64,000 bases of DNA from Mobula birostris (taxonomy: Eukaryota), in assembly GCF_030028105.1 (NCBI RefSeq), contig NC_092383.1:87935921-87999920 (forward strand), in the 5' to 3' direction. Position numbers and translations under genes: made by a program. Positions within the stretch are counted from its first letter, which is position 1, and each line of letters starts with the position of its first letter. The notes under the pieces are model-generated. The model saw only the letters and a list, made by a program, of their open reading frames with translations, was not told the origin of the DNA and did not search any database. Shown one piece after another: positions 37,901 to 50,734 of this stretch.

Positions 37901-40900
37901 AAATTTTTTTATAAAATCCTACGGAAAAACCATCCAATCCAGGAGCTTTACCAGATTGCATTGAAAGAATAGCTTTCTGAATTTCTCTTTCAGTAAAAGG
38001 ACCATCAAGAATTTGCTGATCTTCAACAGATATTCTAGGAAAATCAATCTTTTGGTTTATTGTTAGAAGGGTCAGCTGGAAACTGAGATTTATACAGTTC
38101 ACTATAATAGTCTTGAAAAATGTTATTAATATCTTCATAATTACAAGCTAAACTACCATCTCCCTTACGAACTTTTAAAATTTGTCGTTTAGCTTTAACT
38201 GCTTTAAGTTGAGATGCTAATAGTTTGTTACTTTTATCTCCAAACACATAAACTTGACTTTTTAATTTAAGCAAATTTCTTTCAATAGGATAAGTTAATA
38301 GTAAATTATATTGTGATTGAAGTTCAACCCTTTGTTTGAATAAATCAACATTAGGAGAAACTGGGTAAGTGTTGTCCAGGTCTTTAATTTGTCTTGAAAT
38401 TCTATCTAACTCTGTTTTTGTCTGTTTCTTGAGCTTAGCCAAATAGGATATTATCTGACCTCACAAATATGCTTTAAGTGTATCCCATATAATCAATTTC
38501 GAGACATCTCCCGTATTATTAAAAAGAAAGAAATCTCTTATCTGAATCTCTATAAATTTGACAAAGTCTGAACGTTGTAATAAATTTTCTGGGAAGCGCC
38601 AAGGAAAGTTTACATTACTAACATCATTTAACTCAAAAGGTAAACTTAAAGGTTCATGACAGGACAGCAATAGCATCATATTCACTTTTCTGAACTTTAG
38701 ACAAAAATCGGAAATCAGTTATAAAATAATCAATTCTCGAATATTTATTATGAACATATGAATAAAAAGAATAATCTCTATCATTAGGATGTAAATTTCT
38801 CCAGATTTCTATCAAACCATAATCAATTAAAAAGGAATTAATAAGTGTTGCTGAACAACTCGGAAGCTGCTGATTGGTTGAACTCTTGGCAATCAAAGGG
38901 TTTAAACAACAGTTGAAGTCACCTTCCATCAGCAGCATATATTCATTTAGGTCTGGTAATAAACCAAATACATTTTTTAAAAAAAGAAGGATCATCTACA
39001 TTCGGTCCGTGTAGATTAATCAAGACAATCTTTCTATTACAAATTGTTCCTTTAATAATTAAAAATCTACCATTATTATCTGAGATGATGATTTCTTGAA
39101 TGAATGAAATATTAGATTTAATAAAAATAGATACTCCCTTTGTTTTATTTTGACAAGTAGCATGGTATTGAAGGCCCTTCCATGTTTTCAAAAATCTATT
39201 TTGATTGCCCATTCTGATATGAGTTGCTTGAGCAAAAATTATATCGGGCTGGAATCGATTAATAATTTAAAAAGTCTTCTTTCGCTTAATAAGGTGATTC
39301 CAGCCACGTACATTCCGACTAATAACGTTTATCTGTTTAAGTACCCTTGAGTGCCATTAAACAGAACAATACACGCATACCATGGCAGGCTAATCAAAGA
39401 TGGCGGTGATGAGTATAACCAAATAGAAAACACGCATGCTCCGGAACTCCATAATGGGGAAAAATACAGGAAATGTGTGAAAAAAATCCCACAATAAACC
39501 CCAAAATGCAAAAATACCCCAAACATCCCACCATCCCCGAAGATAGAAATCCAGCACAGGAGAAAAAGGCCGGAACGCATCCCCAAGAAGAAAAGCAAAA
39601 GGACGGAACTCCGCGTGCCGCACAATTTAAATAATGATTTAAAAATTTTTGCTCTCAATTCCCCCTCCCCTTACAAAGAAAATACGTAACCTTAAGATAA
39701 GAAAGCCCAGCAAAGAAGAAAAAAATGTTTATACTTAATCATTGAAAATAAACGAGGGAATGCAAAAATAGTCTCCAAAGACGTCAAAGCAATGCTATTA
39801 ACCCAAACAGTATAATCTCCAAAAAGCGAAAATAACTTACTACCTTATTTAACGAAAGAACTGCAGCTAATTATCTATTCCTAAACACTCCATAATATAA
39901 GAAAAAAGTCTATATAAACTGTAAGCAAACTATCATTTAATTAATAAAGAAAAAGGAAGATAGAAACAGATAACTAGTTAACAATCTATCCGCTGTATTA
40001 ATTCACTCCGTATACTAAACAGACTTCAAAAAAAAGTCATTCTTTAGTCAAACCAAGAAGATCACCTCTTCTTTCAGTAATCCATCGATCAGAGAATATC
40101 TTAAGCATACAGAAATCTTCAAAGCCTGTTTTCTTTCAGAAAATTATTCAGCAACTCTAATATCCTTCATACATCAGCCGATTCCACAACAGAGTTGACA
40201 AAATCCGATGCCGCTTGGGGATCCAAGAAGACACGAGGTGTAGAATCTTTAGGAAATAATTTTAATCTCGCCAGGTATCTCAGAGATGGAAAAAGTCTTT
40301 TTTCATAGGCTGTCTTCATGACGGATATGAATTTCATCCATTGTTCCATAACTTCCCGTGAATAATCTTCATGAAAACGGATCTCCGAACCGTTAAATTT
40401 TAAAACTTTCTGTTTTCTTGCACTTTTTATGATTTGGTCTTTAACTTTAAAGCAAAGAAAGTTAACTAAAATTGGTCAAGCTTTATCTGACGAAGTGAAA
40501 ATTCTGTGAGCTCTTTCAATATCGGGAGGCTGAGGTAGAATATCCGGAAACAGAGATTGAAACAGATTGGCAAAATAATCCAATAAATTCCCCTTCTCAG
40601 CACCTTCTTTAAGACCCACAATTCTAATGTTATTTCTACACAATCTTGCGTCTAAATCGACAATTTTGTGTTGAGCCTGTTCCAAGCGGGTTGAAATAGC
40701 CACAATCTGACGTTTCCATTCTTTAAACTAAGTATTCAAGGAAACAATATTTTCCTCAATAGTCTGTAAACTCTGTCGGAACGACTTCAACTCAGAAGTG
40801 TTATTGTCCATTTTGTTGTTGAGACCCATCAATGCACTTTCCAAACGCTCAGTTCAGACAGGCATATCTTCTAATTTTTCTTTTGAAGTTTTTCCCTTTC

Positions 40901-41082
40901 CATTGCTGGGTTCAAAAAACTGTTTTCCACTTCTTAAAGGATACGACATAATGATCACTATTTCCCTCAAATATCCAAAAAATAAAAGTTAAACAATTCA
41001 AAGTTTAGATTGAGGAAAAGGAGGAATTAAAGGCAGCCACAAAATGTATGTATTACTCCATTGAGCTGCAGGCGGAAGTCCC
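34915..41082 (-). mobile_element. Near full-length degenerate L1/Tx1-like LINE (ORF1 ~40170-40950, ORF2 ~35350-39350)
   Basis: 5' GGGACTTCCG; ORF1 RNNIRIVGL..DIERAHR; APE (GDFNC, YSRIDY); RT (QTGFIKG, GTRQGCLLSP, LYADDL); C-terminal CDRC..HMFWSC; T-rich 3' end on the plus strand. Confidence 0.92.
37530..37810 (-). mobile_element. 5'-truncated HERO-like (RLE non-LTR) element inserted in L1 ORF2
   Basis: LVRAFSILGIEGERKRRAIRSTTDAAERASRWLWLKR plus a HERO-type 3'UTR; flanked by TAAAGA (37523-37528, 37811-37816); the L1 frame resumes on both sides. Confidence 0.7.
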
Positions 41083-44000
41083 GAACTACTCAATGAGAAA
41101 CGCAGCCCAGTTTTAAAAGCATATTAGGTGTAAGAGCATACAGCTTGTTTAGAGGTTTTCAAGTATCATGAAAGAAATGCAGGAACATTTAGAATTGAAA
41201 CCATTTTTGCTTGTAGAATACTTTATGTTACAACAATGAAATCAAAAGGAAGGGGAGTCCATTTCAGTGTACGTTGCTGAATTGAAGAGGTTTTCAGAGC
41301 ATCATCAGTTCACTGGTGGGGTAAATAATCCACTGAGAAATTGTTTAGTTTGTGAAATACAACAACCAACAAACCATATTGAACTTATACGTGGTAACAG
41401 TAGGACAGCCAACATTGTGGGGATATGACCAGCTGAGACAACTGCAACTTGATTGGAGATCCACCCATCATTTGCATGCCACATCCCCTGCAATAGCGTC
41501 AACCAAAAACAAACTTTAAAAAGGGTACTGGATTGATGCCACAGCAGAGTCCAGGGCTAGCACTGGAAAACGCAAATATATCAAGGGTAAAATTGTGTTA
41601 AATAAAAGTAACACACCCAAGTTTTACAAAACACATCCTCTTTCTTACACTATCAGTGATAAAGTAGCCAGTGAGCTGGATCACATGTAGACCGATGGAA
41701 TTCTTTCCAAGGTTAGTTGGATCCATAGGGAACACAAGTGGTCCCAGCAGAAAGAAGAATGGGTGTCTCAATGTCTCTGGTGATTTACAGGTCACCATGA
41801 ACACGGTACTAAATGTAAACAAGAGAAAATCTGCAGATGCTGGAAATCAAAGCAATACACACAAAATGCAGGAGAAACTCAGCAGGCCAGGCAGCATCTA
41901 TGAAAAAAGAGTAAACGGTTGATGTTTCAGGCTGAGTCCCTTCATCAGATCTACCTGGCCACCCAAAAATGGCTGAAATGTGCAGCAGAAATCACAGAAC
42001 CCCCATTTTCACAAGTACCTGGATGAACTTACCCTTGACAGGGGATTGAGAGCTGTTGTACCATCTAAGCTCAAAGCTAAAGTGTTGGAGGAGCTACATG
42101 CCAATCACCTAGGTGTTGTCAAAATGAAAGTGTTCGCTCAAAGCTTTGTCGAGTGGGCCGGAATAGATCAGTAGATCAGGCAGCTTGCCATGCACTGTTC
42201 GGGACACCAACACATCCAGAAGAAAGGTATTTGCAGCTGTTCAGAACCACTTCCGGCAGTCACAGAGTCAACTCCTACAACCACCATGGACGTGGTGCAA
42301 GAACCTCAGATTGTTTCAGGGCTGCAAGCTTCTCCTGCCAAACATGGTGACCTCCTTTGTCAGGAAGGGTGTTATCCCACAAGTGTAAGAAATCCTCAGT
42401 GGCAATTAAATCCTCAGACCTGAACGGGACATGCTGTGGATGTTTATAAAGTAGTCACAGAGTTAGGAGGCTTGCATGCCTCAATGACCCAGAGAGTCCT
42501 AAGTGCCAGCGGCATAACAGGCAGTAAGTAAATAAGTATTATTTATATATACGTATATATGTGTATGTTGAGATTCATTCCATATTGAGTTGGAGTTTAT
42601 ATCTAAGCAGGGAGGAGTGTTGTGTATTTAATATCTCAGTAATATTTGAGTAATATTGTAAATGTATGTTTGATTAAGCATTTCTTGTTTCTTTAAATAA
42701 TTGATTGAAAATAATTGAAATTGCAGGTTATATATAAAAGTACATGAATGGCTTACATCATCACACCACCAGGTCATGAATGAAAGCCTCCCCGAAAGCA
42801 AAAAGCTCCATGTTTCCTTTCAAATATTTTAATGCTTTAGAGTTACAAAACATAACTGTTTCCTCCCACGTGTTAGTTTTAGTGAGGAGTGTGATTGCTG
42901 TGTTGGCTCCAGAATCATGACAACACCCACAGCACAATCCTTGGACTGTCTTGTTCATTGCTGCAAATCACATATTTCACCGTATTTTTTGAATGTTTTT
43001 ATGCACATGTGTCCAATAAAGGTAATCTTTCATTCCTGGTGGCACTTCACTTTCCATTACTGAAGCAACTAATCACAATCCTCCACCCCTCCACCCTGCT
43101 TCCAGCTCAGACAACACCCACTATACCATTACACTACAGCCATGGGCATTGACAGTTTCCCCCAGGCAAATACAGAACAATATAACCCTATTCAACACTC
43201 ACAGCACCAACACCCACCACTGTAGAGTCCCTACTGCACTATTCCTGCACCCACATAAAAAAATTATCACTGGTGTTTTCTGGAGAGGAATATCATCATC
43301 TTTGCTGCTTCTTCTCACCTCTCAGTTCCTAACATTGGATTTTCTATTTTTCTAGACGGGCTGACATGAAGCAGAACCCACAACACAGACAGATCGGTCC
43401 TTGTGCAGGGTCTCAACCTGGAATGTCGACGGCATCTTTCCACACCACAAATGCAGCTCAACCTGCTGTGTGCCTCCAGTAAATAGCTTATTGCTCCAGC
43501 TTCCAGCATCTACTGCCTGTTGTAAATTCACAGGTGAATCAGTGCAACAATTGCAGACCCTTCTAAAGATTCCAAGATTCACCCAAGCAACCAATAGTAT
43601 TTTGACCTAAACACAAGAGATTCTTCAGATGCTGGAAATGCAGAGAAACACACAGAAAATGCTGGACGAACTCAGCAGGTCAGGCAGCATCTATGGAGAG
43701 AAATAAAGATTTGATATTTCAGGTTGAGACCAATGAAGGGTGTCAGCCAGACATGTCGACTCTTTATTCCTCTCCATAGATAAGACCATAAGACAAAGGA
43801 GCAGAAGTCGGCCATTTGGCCCATCGACTCTGCTCCGCCATTTTATCATGAGCTGATCCATTCTCCCATTTAGTCCCACTGCCCCGCCTTCTCATCATAA
43901 CCTTTGATGCCCTGGCTACTCAGATACCTATCAATCTCTGCCTTAAATACATCCAATGACTTGGCCTCCACTGCTGCCCGTGGCAACAAATTCCATAGAT

Positions 44001-44134
44001 TCACCACCATAGATACTGACTGACCTGCTGAGTTCTTCCAGCATTCTGTGGGTGTTTTGTTTGGACTCATAAGCTGCTCTCAAAATGGTGCAATATCTTG
44101 CTTTTTTAATGTATGAGGGGGAGAGGGGGAGGGA

Positions 44135-44352
44135 ACGTCGACTCAGACCATGAGATGCCTGCGTTGGGCATTTTCATGCCTTACAAGGCGGTAGTTGGAA
44201 GTCTGTGTGGTACGCCACTCCTCGCACAGACACAAGAGCAATGTGTGGTTAAGTGCCTTGTTCAAGGACACAAACACGCTGCCACAGCTGAGGCTCGAAT
44301 TAGCAACCTTCAGATCCCTAAACGAACACCTTAACCACTTGGCCACATGCCC
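44135..44352 (-). repeat. tRNA-derived SINE with CORE/Meta-like domain
   Basis: Minus strand A-box TGGCCAAGTGGTTAAGG, B-box-like GCTAATTCGAGCC, then GTGTCCTTGAACAAGGCACTTAACC. Confidence 0.7.
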
Positions 44353-45499
44353 ATCAATGTATGAAATACTGCTTAAAACCCAGCACAGCTATTCCAAATT
44401 ATGTTAGTTAAAATAATCCAGAGTGAATAAAAACAGATGGATTTTATAAAGTTTATTGAGCAATCCATTGTAGTAAAACAACAACAAATTTCATTTCCAC
44501 AGCTGCTTCAAGTTGATTGATAAAGCCAAAGGCCATGCGCAACAGCATTGTCTGACATTTGTCATTGAGTCACAGGTAGAGACGTAAGGTACATGTGATC
44601 AAAAACTCAGCAATTGCTGGGATTGATAAGCCTTTAGAGTGAGAATGAAAGAGAGGGCCAGAGAGCTGTAGAGAAGGAATTCCAACAGATCAGGATCTGA
44701 GCCACAGAAGGTACATCCACCAGAGGAATAACAGTTAATGTCAGTGGTGATCAAGGGTCCAGAACTGGAAGTTTCCATGTATTTCAGAGCTTCAAGAGAT
44801 GCCAAGTGTCTCATATTGTGAGAGATAATTACAACCTGAATGGGACTTTGTCAGCATGGTGTTAATTCTACTGTGGAACCAGTGTGATAGGTCTCAGTAT
44901 CCCCAGGACAGCTCTAGCTCCATAATATAGGTGACCAGTGATTTCACAGCTATTGACCCAGATGACCGCTGGGGAGGCTGCAGAAAAAGAACCAACATAA
45001 AGACAATACCTCTCCTTAAACATTTCACCTTTCACGTTAAACCCATGACCTCTAGCTGTAGTCCCACCCAATGTGACTTGTGGTGGACCTACTGTAGGAT
45101 TATCTGTTTATACTTATTTTTGTCTATTTTCCCCCTGAGAAACGCTTCAATGCATGAGACGTTGAGGAAGGCTGGATAGGTTTGTGTTGTACATGACGAG
45201 GGAAGTGCACACCTCAGACGCAGTGAGCTCACGATGCAGGAAAAAAATATATAAAAAAATAAAATAAAGGGAATGTTTGGGGTGGGGGAGAGAGGCCAGT
45301 CAAGCAGATGATATTGAGACTCTGGAGGATTCCAGTAGCTGTTCCAACACAGGCTAGTGAGAGAGTTCCAGCACAGTTCTGATTGGTGCATTGACCATGG
45401 GGGAGTCGGGAATAGAGTTGCTAATCTGTTATTATACACTGGCGATGGTTACTTGTCATGGAAACTAGAGTTTTTGGAAACTGGAATTTTTGGAAGCTG

Positions 45500-47116
45500 A
45501 TGTTGGAGTAACTGAGACTATTGATATGCTAGCGTTGGTCTACTGGGATCCAGTTGTAAAAGGGAAACTTCCATTCTTGTGGGATCAAATACTCCCATTT
45601 TAGAGGGCTCGTGGGAGCATGCAAGGGGAGAAATAGAAAGCATTTTTTGAAAAGCCTGTCCAATCACCCGGTGTTCAGGGTTGCTTTTGAGAAGGTGCAA
45701 GTTCCTTTGAAGCAGAACTATGAGCATATAAAGGGAACTGTGTGGTACACCCAGTCTAAGCATGTCATGTTAAGTCCTGAAGGAGGAGCTAGAGTGACAG
45801 AGGACACCCTTTTCCAAGGGAGATCTTGCCAATTGGTGGTTAAAGATGCCCAGTAGCGCCTGCTTAAACTGAAGAAAGCTGAGTTCATTCAGGGGACAGG
45901 GGGAACTGAGTCTCCAGAAGATACAAGTGACAGACTGGGGGGGGGGGGCAACCCCTCATTGACAAGGAGTGTCTGAGGCTGCAGAAGCTGAAGCTGAAAT
46001 AAGGAGTTCTCAGAGAACCAGAAAACCCCGAGATAGGCTGGCATATGATGCACCTGGGAAGCAAAGTGTGGTGTCAATTCTAATAGTGAGATATGTTATC
46101 TCTATTTACAAATGGATTGAGGATCCTAAAATCACAAACTTCATTTAAATACTGTGTTATTAATAATGGTTTAATAAGTTCCAAAGGCTTACAAAGTCAT
46201 GAAGACTTGACTATTTTTGGAGGGACGAGACTGTAATACCCTGTTTAAGATTTCTACTGCTATGCTCTGAGGTATTTTTATTTTAGCAGTTTTCTGCAGA
46301 AGCAGTGTGTCCTGTTAGAGTGTTTTGGCCTCAGCAAAACATAAGTAGCCACTTTGTCCAACTTACGAATGTTGTGTCAGCCAGTCGCATTTGTCTTGGT
46401 AACCTGTTGTTACTTTCTGCCCAGTGGCATGTTATGGAAGATTCGAGACATCTAGACAGGATCAGTTTTCTACAGAACTTTAGTCTGATTTGGGGTCTTT
46501 TTGGGAGGAGCTGCAAAGCGGAGCACAAGGAATAGTGCCTGGAGAATGTCGCTCGAAGGAGAGACCCTGTTGTAAGAAGTGCTCTGTGCAGAGGAATGGT
46601 TCAGAGGAGGAAGTGACAGTACTCCTGAGTTAGCCAGTTCATTCAAAATAGTCTTTGAGGGAAGGTCGAACTGTGGCTGGTGTCTTTCACGCACAACGTA
46701 GATTCAGCCCATGAGTAATCAAAGTGAAGCATCCCGAGTACTTCAGAAATGAAATCCGATGTCGATGTGCACATTTTGGCTGGTTTAACTGTATTTTTGT
46801 TTTCTTTTCCTGTTAACTGTTTATTAATGTTAAAATATTCACAAATACATTTTTCTTTGTAACTTTATGCCAGTGTACAATCCGTTATTTTAGGAGTAAA
46901 TGAAAACTTTGCACGGGGCAGTATTTATACAGCGTTCACTACAATTCACATTCTTCCCTGAAGCATTCCAACTTTCCTGTTTGGTTGAACCAAATCATAC
47001 CGACCCTCGATGTGTGTTTCTTCTGGAAGGTGGCCTGCTCACCACTGAGTCACGTGGCTGTGAGCAGAGTTAGCCAACGAGCCAAGTTTGTATACGAGCT
47101 CGGTGAGAGGGTTACA
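45500..47116 (+). mobile_element. Third, plus-strand copy of the PNMA-type Gypsy family: pol remnant and 3' LTR 46232-47116
   Basis: ORF 45611-45856 matches 3717-4022 (HPVFRVAFEKVQ); LTR TGTAAT...GAGAGGGTTACA preceded by purine-rich GGAGGGACGAGAC. Confidence 0.8.
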
Positions 47117-47277
47117 ATCCTATCCCTGAGAATTTTATCCAGCAATTTTCCCACAACTGATGTGAGAATCACCAGACTATAGTTCCCAGGATTTTCCCCG
47201 TGTTTCCTTCTTAAATAGAGGTACAACATTAGCCACTTGCCAGTTTTCTGGGACCTTGCTGTGGCTACAGAAGACAC

Positions 47278-47670
47278 TGTCACGGTCCCATCTGGCTATC
47301 CCTCATCTCGCTCCTATCTCCTTGATTGTGCCTTAATTCCCGTCGTCTGATTCTCAATTGCTGCTAGTTCAATTAATTACAGCACACCTGGTTCCCATCA
47401 GAGAATGCAGGATAAGAACTCTGGCGTCACAGCCATGGGTCGCCATTTTGTTGGTCAATTTCAGTGAGTGTTAACCTCATTTTCTGATCCCTTAGGACTG
47501 ATAGTTCTAAGCTTCGCTCCAATTTCTAGATATTCTACGAAAACCACGCCTCTGAGTCAAGACGCCCCTGGTTATCTGTTTCACGTTTGCAACTGTGCTA
47601 GCACCTCTCAAACCTGTCTCCGTGCCTGTGTCCTGCACTTGGGTTCATCCCCAGTCACTCCCTTGCAACA
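47278..47670 (+). mobile_element. Solo LTR with 5-bp TSD GACAC
   Basis: TGTCACGG...TTGCAACA; GACAC at 47273-47277 and 47671-47675. Confidence 0.8.
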
Positions 47671-48069
47671 GACACCGCACTAGGACATCTTCAAGGAGCG
47701 GTGTCTCGGAAAGACAGCGTCCATTATGAAGGACCCCCACCACCCAGGGCATGCCATTTTCTCACTATCATCAGTCAGGAGGTACAGAAGCCTGAAAGCA
47801 CACACTCAGTGATTCAGGAACAGCTTCTTCCCCTCTGCCATCTAATTCCTAAATGGACATTGAACCTATGAACAGTACCTCACATTTTTAATATAATTTC
47901 TGTTTTTGCACAATTTTTAATCTATTCATTATATGTATACTACAGGTATCAGTGATTTACTTACTTATTTTTATTTTTTTCTTCTATATTATGTATTGCA
48001 TTGAACTGCTGCTGCTAAGTTAACAAATTTCATGACACATGCGGTGATCATCATTCTGATTCTGTAAGC

Positions 48070-49060
48070 TACTGATCAAAGACCCTGCAATTCCTTGCCT
48101 CCCTCAATAACCTGGGGTAAATCTCATCAGGCCTTGGGAACTTCCATCTTAATACTCAGTAGGAGGCCCAACACTTCTTCCTCCTTGACATCTAAATACC
48201 TAGCATATTTATACACTCAGCACTGATTCCCTGGTCTTCACTATCCTTTTCCATGGTAAACATTCAACCAAAGTACTCAATAACTACTTGAATTACATTT
48301 TCAACAACCGCTTCCTCTGACAGCTCTTCCATACATTGACCACTCTTTGGGCGGAAAAGTAGAATCTCAACTCACCTCGACAAAAAATCTTCCTCTTTAA
48401 TCTCTCCACTCTTTCCTGTGCCCTCTATTCCCCAACTCTGGCAGGAAAAAAACTGTGTGCATTTACCATGTCAATATCCTTCATGATTTTATACACCTCC
48501 ATAAGGTCAACCTTCATTCTCCTACACTCCAAGGTAGTAAATCCTAGCCTGACAAATATCTCTGTAGCTCAGTTACCCAAGTCCAAACAACATGCTTGTA
48601 AATCTTATCTGTCCTCTATTATTTTCAGCTTAGAGGCATCTTTCCTGCAGCACAGTGACTAAAACTGTACAGAAAACTCCATTACTAAAATCTTGTTTAA
48701 TGCAATATAACATTCAGAAACCTATATTAATGCCATGACTGACGAAGGACATCATGCCAGGCCGATTCTCCACCACCACGCCAACATGTGACACCACTTT
48801 CAATGAATCATCTACTTATACTCCTCTGACCCTCTCAGCTACAACACTCCCCAGAGCCCCACCTTTCACTATGAATGTCCTGTCCTCATTTCTGTTCCCG
48901 AAATGCCACAGCTTATCTGAACTAAACTGCATTTGCTATTCCCACTAATCTAGCCAATCAATATGGTTCTTGACAACCATCTTCACTACCTATGATATTA
49001 CCTGTTGTAATGTCATCTGTAAACATATGTACCAGGCCTTGTACATGCCAATTTAAATAA
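48070..49060 (-). mobile_element. Old CR1 fragment(s)
   Basis: Degenerate similarity to the CR1 RT region at 21800-22300. Confidence 0.65.
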
Positions 49061-49109
49061 TTAGCCAAAATCAGTTTCCAGCACTTCCCCTGTCGCTCAT
49101 GGAACAGCT

Positions 49110-49615
49110 CACATTTACCTCAGAAGGACTGGAAAGGAAGGGGGAAGATGTGAGAATAAGAAAGTGGCGAAGTGGAGGAGGGACAAGCTAGAATGCGATA
49201 GGTGATGCCAGGTTGTTGGAGGGGAGTGCGGGATGAAGTAAGAAGCTGGGAGGTGATAATTAGAAAAGGGAAAGGGCTGGAGAAGTAAGAACCTGATCAA
49301 ATAGGAATGTGGATCATAGGAGAAAGGGAAGAAGGCGGACACGTAGTGTGAGGTGATAGGCAGGTGAGAAGAAATATTAGAAACTAGAGTGGGGAAATTA
49401 AGAACGGGTAAAGGGAGGGAGAATTTGCTAGAATTTGGCTTTGCTGTGATCATTTATTTATTCATTATTTTTGTAATTTAGAGTAATTTTATGTCTTTTC
49501 CCTGCACTCCTGCCACAAAACAACAAATTTCATGTCATGTAATTCTCCAACATGAAGTTGGAGAAATTGAATTTCATGCCATCAGCTTGGAGGATACCTA
49601 GACCTAGTAATACAG
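49110..49615 (-). mobile_element. Penelope-like element 3' fragment (GIY-YIG C-terminus and pyrimidine-rich tail)
   Basis: Minus strand GLGILQADGMKFNFSNF resembles the PLE motif RLGSLQPDGMNIDFSNF; CT-rich tail. Confidence 0.65.
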
Positions 49616-50644
49616 TTATGTCATTGCTAGTTGGTGATAAACTATTGATCAGAGAGCATTTTCTGAACCCTAATAGCGTGAATCCAGAATTACTTGACTC
49701 CATTTATACTGAGCTCTTAACAGAAGCAATCAATTTCCTTTGGTAGAATTATGTAATTGACAAGGGATCGTAGCAGGAACAAATCTGTATTTGGATTGTC
49801 TAATTCCTTTGTGTTTCCTCAAGTACAAACAGGATTATTTGCAGCAGCACACACAAAATGCTGCAGGGACACAGTAGGCCAGACAGAATCTTTGGAGGAT
49901 GGGGGGATATACAGTTGACTTTATTGATCAAGAACCATCCTTAGGTTTGGAAAGGAAAGAGGAAGAAGCCAGAATAAGAAGGTGGGGGAATGGGAAGGAG
50001 AAAGCAGATGTGGTAAGTAAGAGACAGGAGTAATGAAGTTACAGTCTGGGAAGTGATACGAGGAAGAGGTAAAAGATGATCACCTGGTCTCACCTGTCAC
50101 ATGCAACCTCTGTTTTAAATTGATTCCCCTCTTGTCCGAGACTTCCCCATTATGGGAATCATCCTTTCTGCATCTACTCTGTCTTGGCTTTTCAACATTC
50201 AAAAGATTTCAATGAGATCCCCCTCATCCTTCTAAATTCCAGCTACTACAGACCCAAAGCTATCAAACGTTCCTTGTATGATAACACTTCCATTCCCAGA
50301 ATAGTCCCTGTATAGTTTTAGATGACATGCAAACCTTCACAAACATCTAAGAAAGTAAAGGTGCTGCCACACTTTCTTTGCAATGGCACAGATCCTTTGA
50401 AATTGTAACAAGAAGTTTGTAACACCCTTGACGAGGACTAGCTCATGGACTTCCAGTTTTCCTCTACTGGTCAATAATAATATCTTTGATCTTGCTGATA
50501 TTGAGTGAGAGGCACATGTGTTCAAATCTACATCATATTTCTACTTAACAGATCAAAAAAAAGCAGAGGGCAATACTGGAGAAGGAGAAAGTTTGAACAT
50601 TCCCATTAGACTAGATCTGTCAATGTCTTTGTCATATTCTGCAG

Positions 50645-50734
50645 GAAGCCAAGACCATCCCAATGGCATGTTCTACTTGCAGTTGCCTTGTCAGCTCTCT
50701 TCCTGCTGCTCATTACTGTCATCATTATACTCAG
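50645..50734 (+). CDS. Transmembrane exon B, uncharged (KPRPSQWHVLLAVALSALFLLLITVIIIL), inhibitory type
   Basis: Acceptor TCTTTGTCATATTCTGCAG|G, donor CTCAG|GTGGGA; 90 nt, phase 2-2; ~21-residue hydrophobic helix. Not in the ORF track frame. Confidence 0.82.

Larger units (their letters stand above)
34330..42857 (+). mobile_element. Gypsy LTR retrotransposon with both LTRs (34330-34587, 42618-42857) and 5-bp TSD GTTTC, inserted into a V-SINE and split by an L1
   Basis: Matching LTRs TGTTGTG(C/T)ATTTAATAT..; PPT AAGCAGGGAGGAG before 42618; GTTTC at 34325-34329 and 42858-42862; gag remnants ~41200-41350; integrase zinc-binding region (KVLEELHANHLGVVKMK) in ORF 41980-42174. Confidence 0.82.

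Noticed and set aside
44500-44900. Unique-looking stretch with an acceptor and FYCG / TVNVSGD fragments, a possible decayed Ig exon
   Set aside because: Stops in all frames and no consistent cysteine spacing.
49650-49746. ITIM-like SIYTEL in ORF 49552-49746
   Set aside because: The acceptor lacks a polypyrimidine tract, the ORF start is Penelope antisense sequence, and it lies upstream of TM-B; probably chance.
50552-50591. Stalk-like mini-exon (DQKKAEGNTGEGE) with a good acceptor just upstream of TM-B
   Set aside because: The only GT donor gives phase 1 and a 54-nt intron, incompatible with the phase-2 TM-B acceptor; no GT at the phase-2 position.
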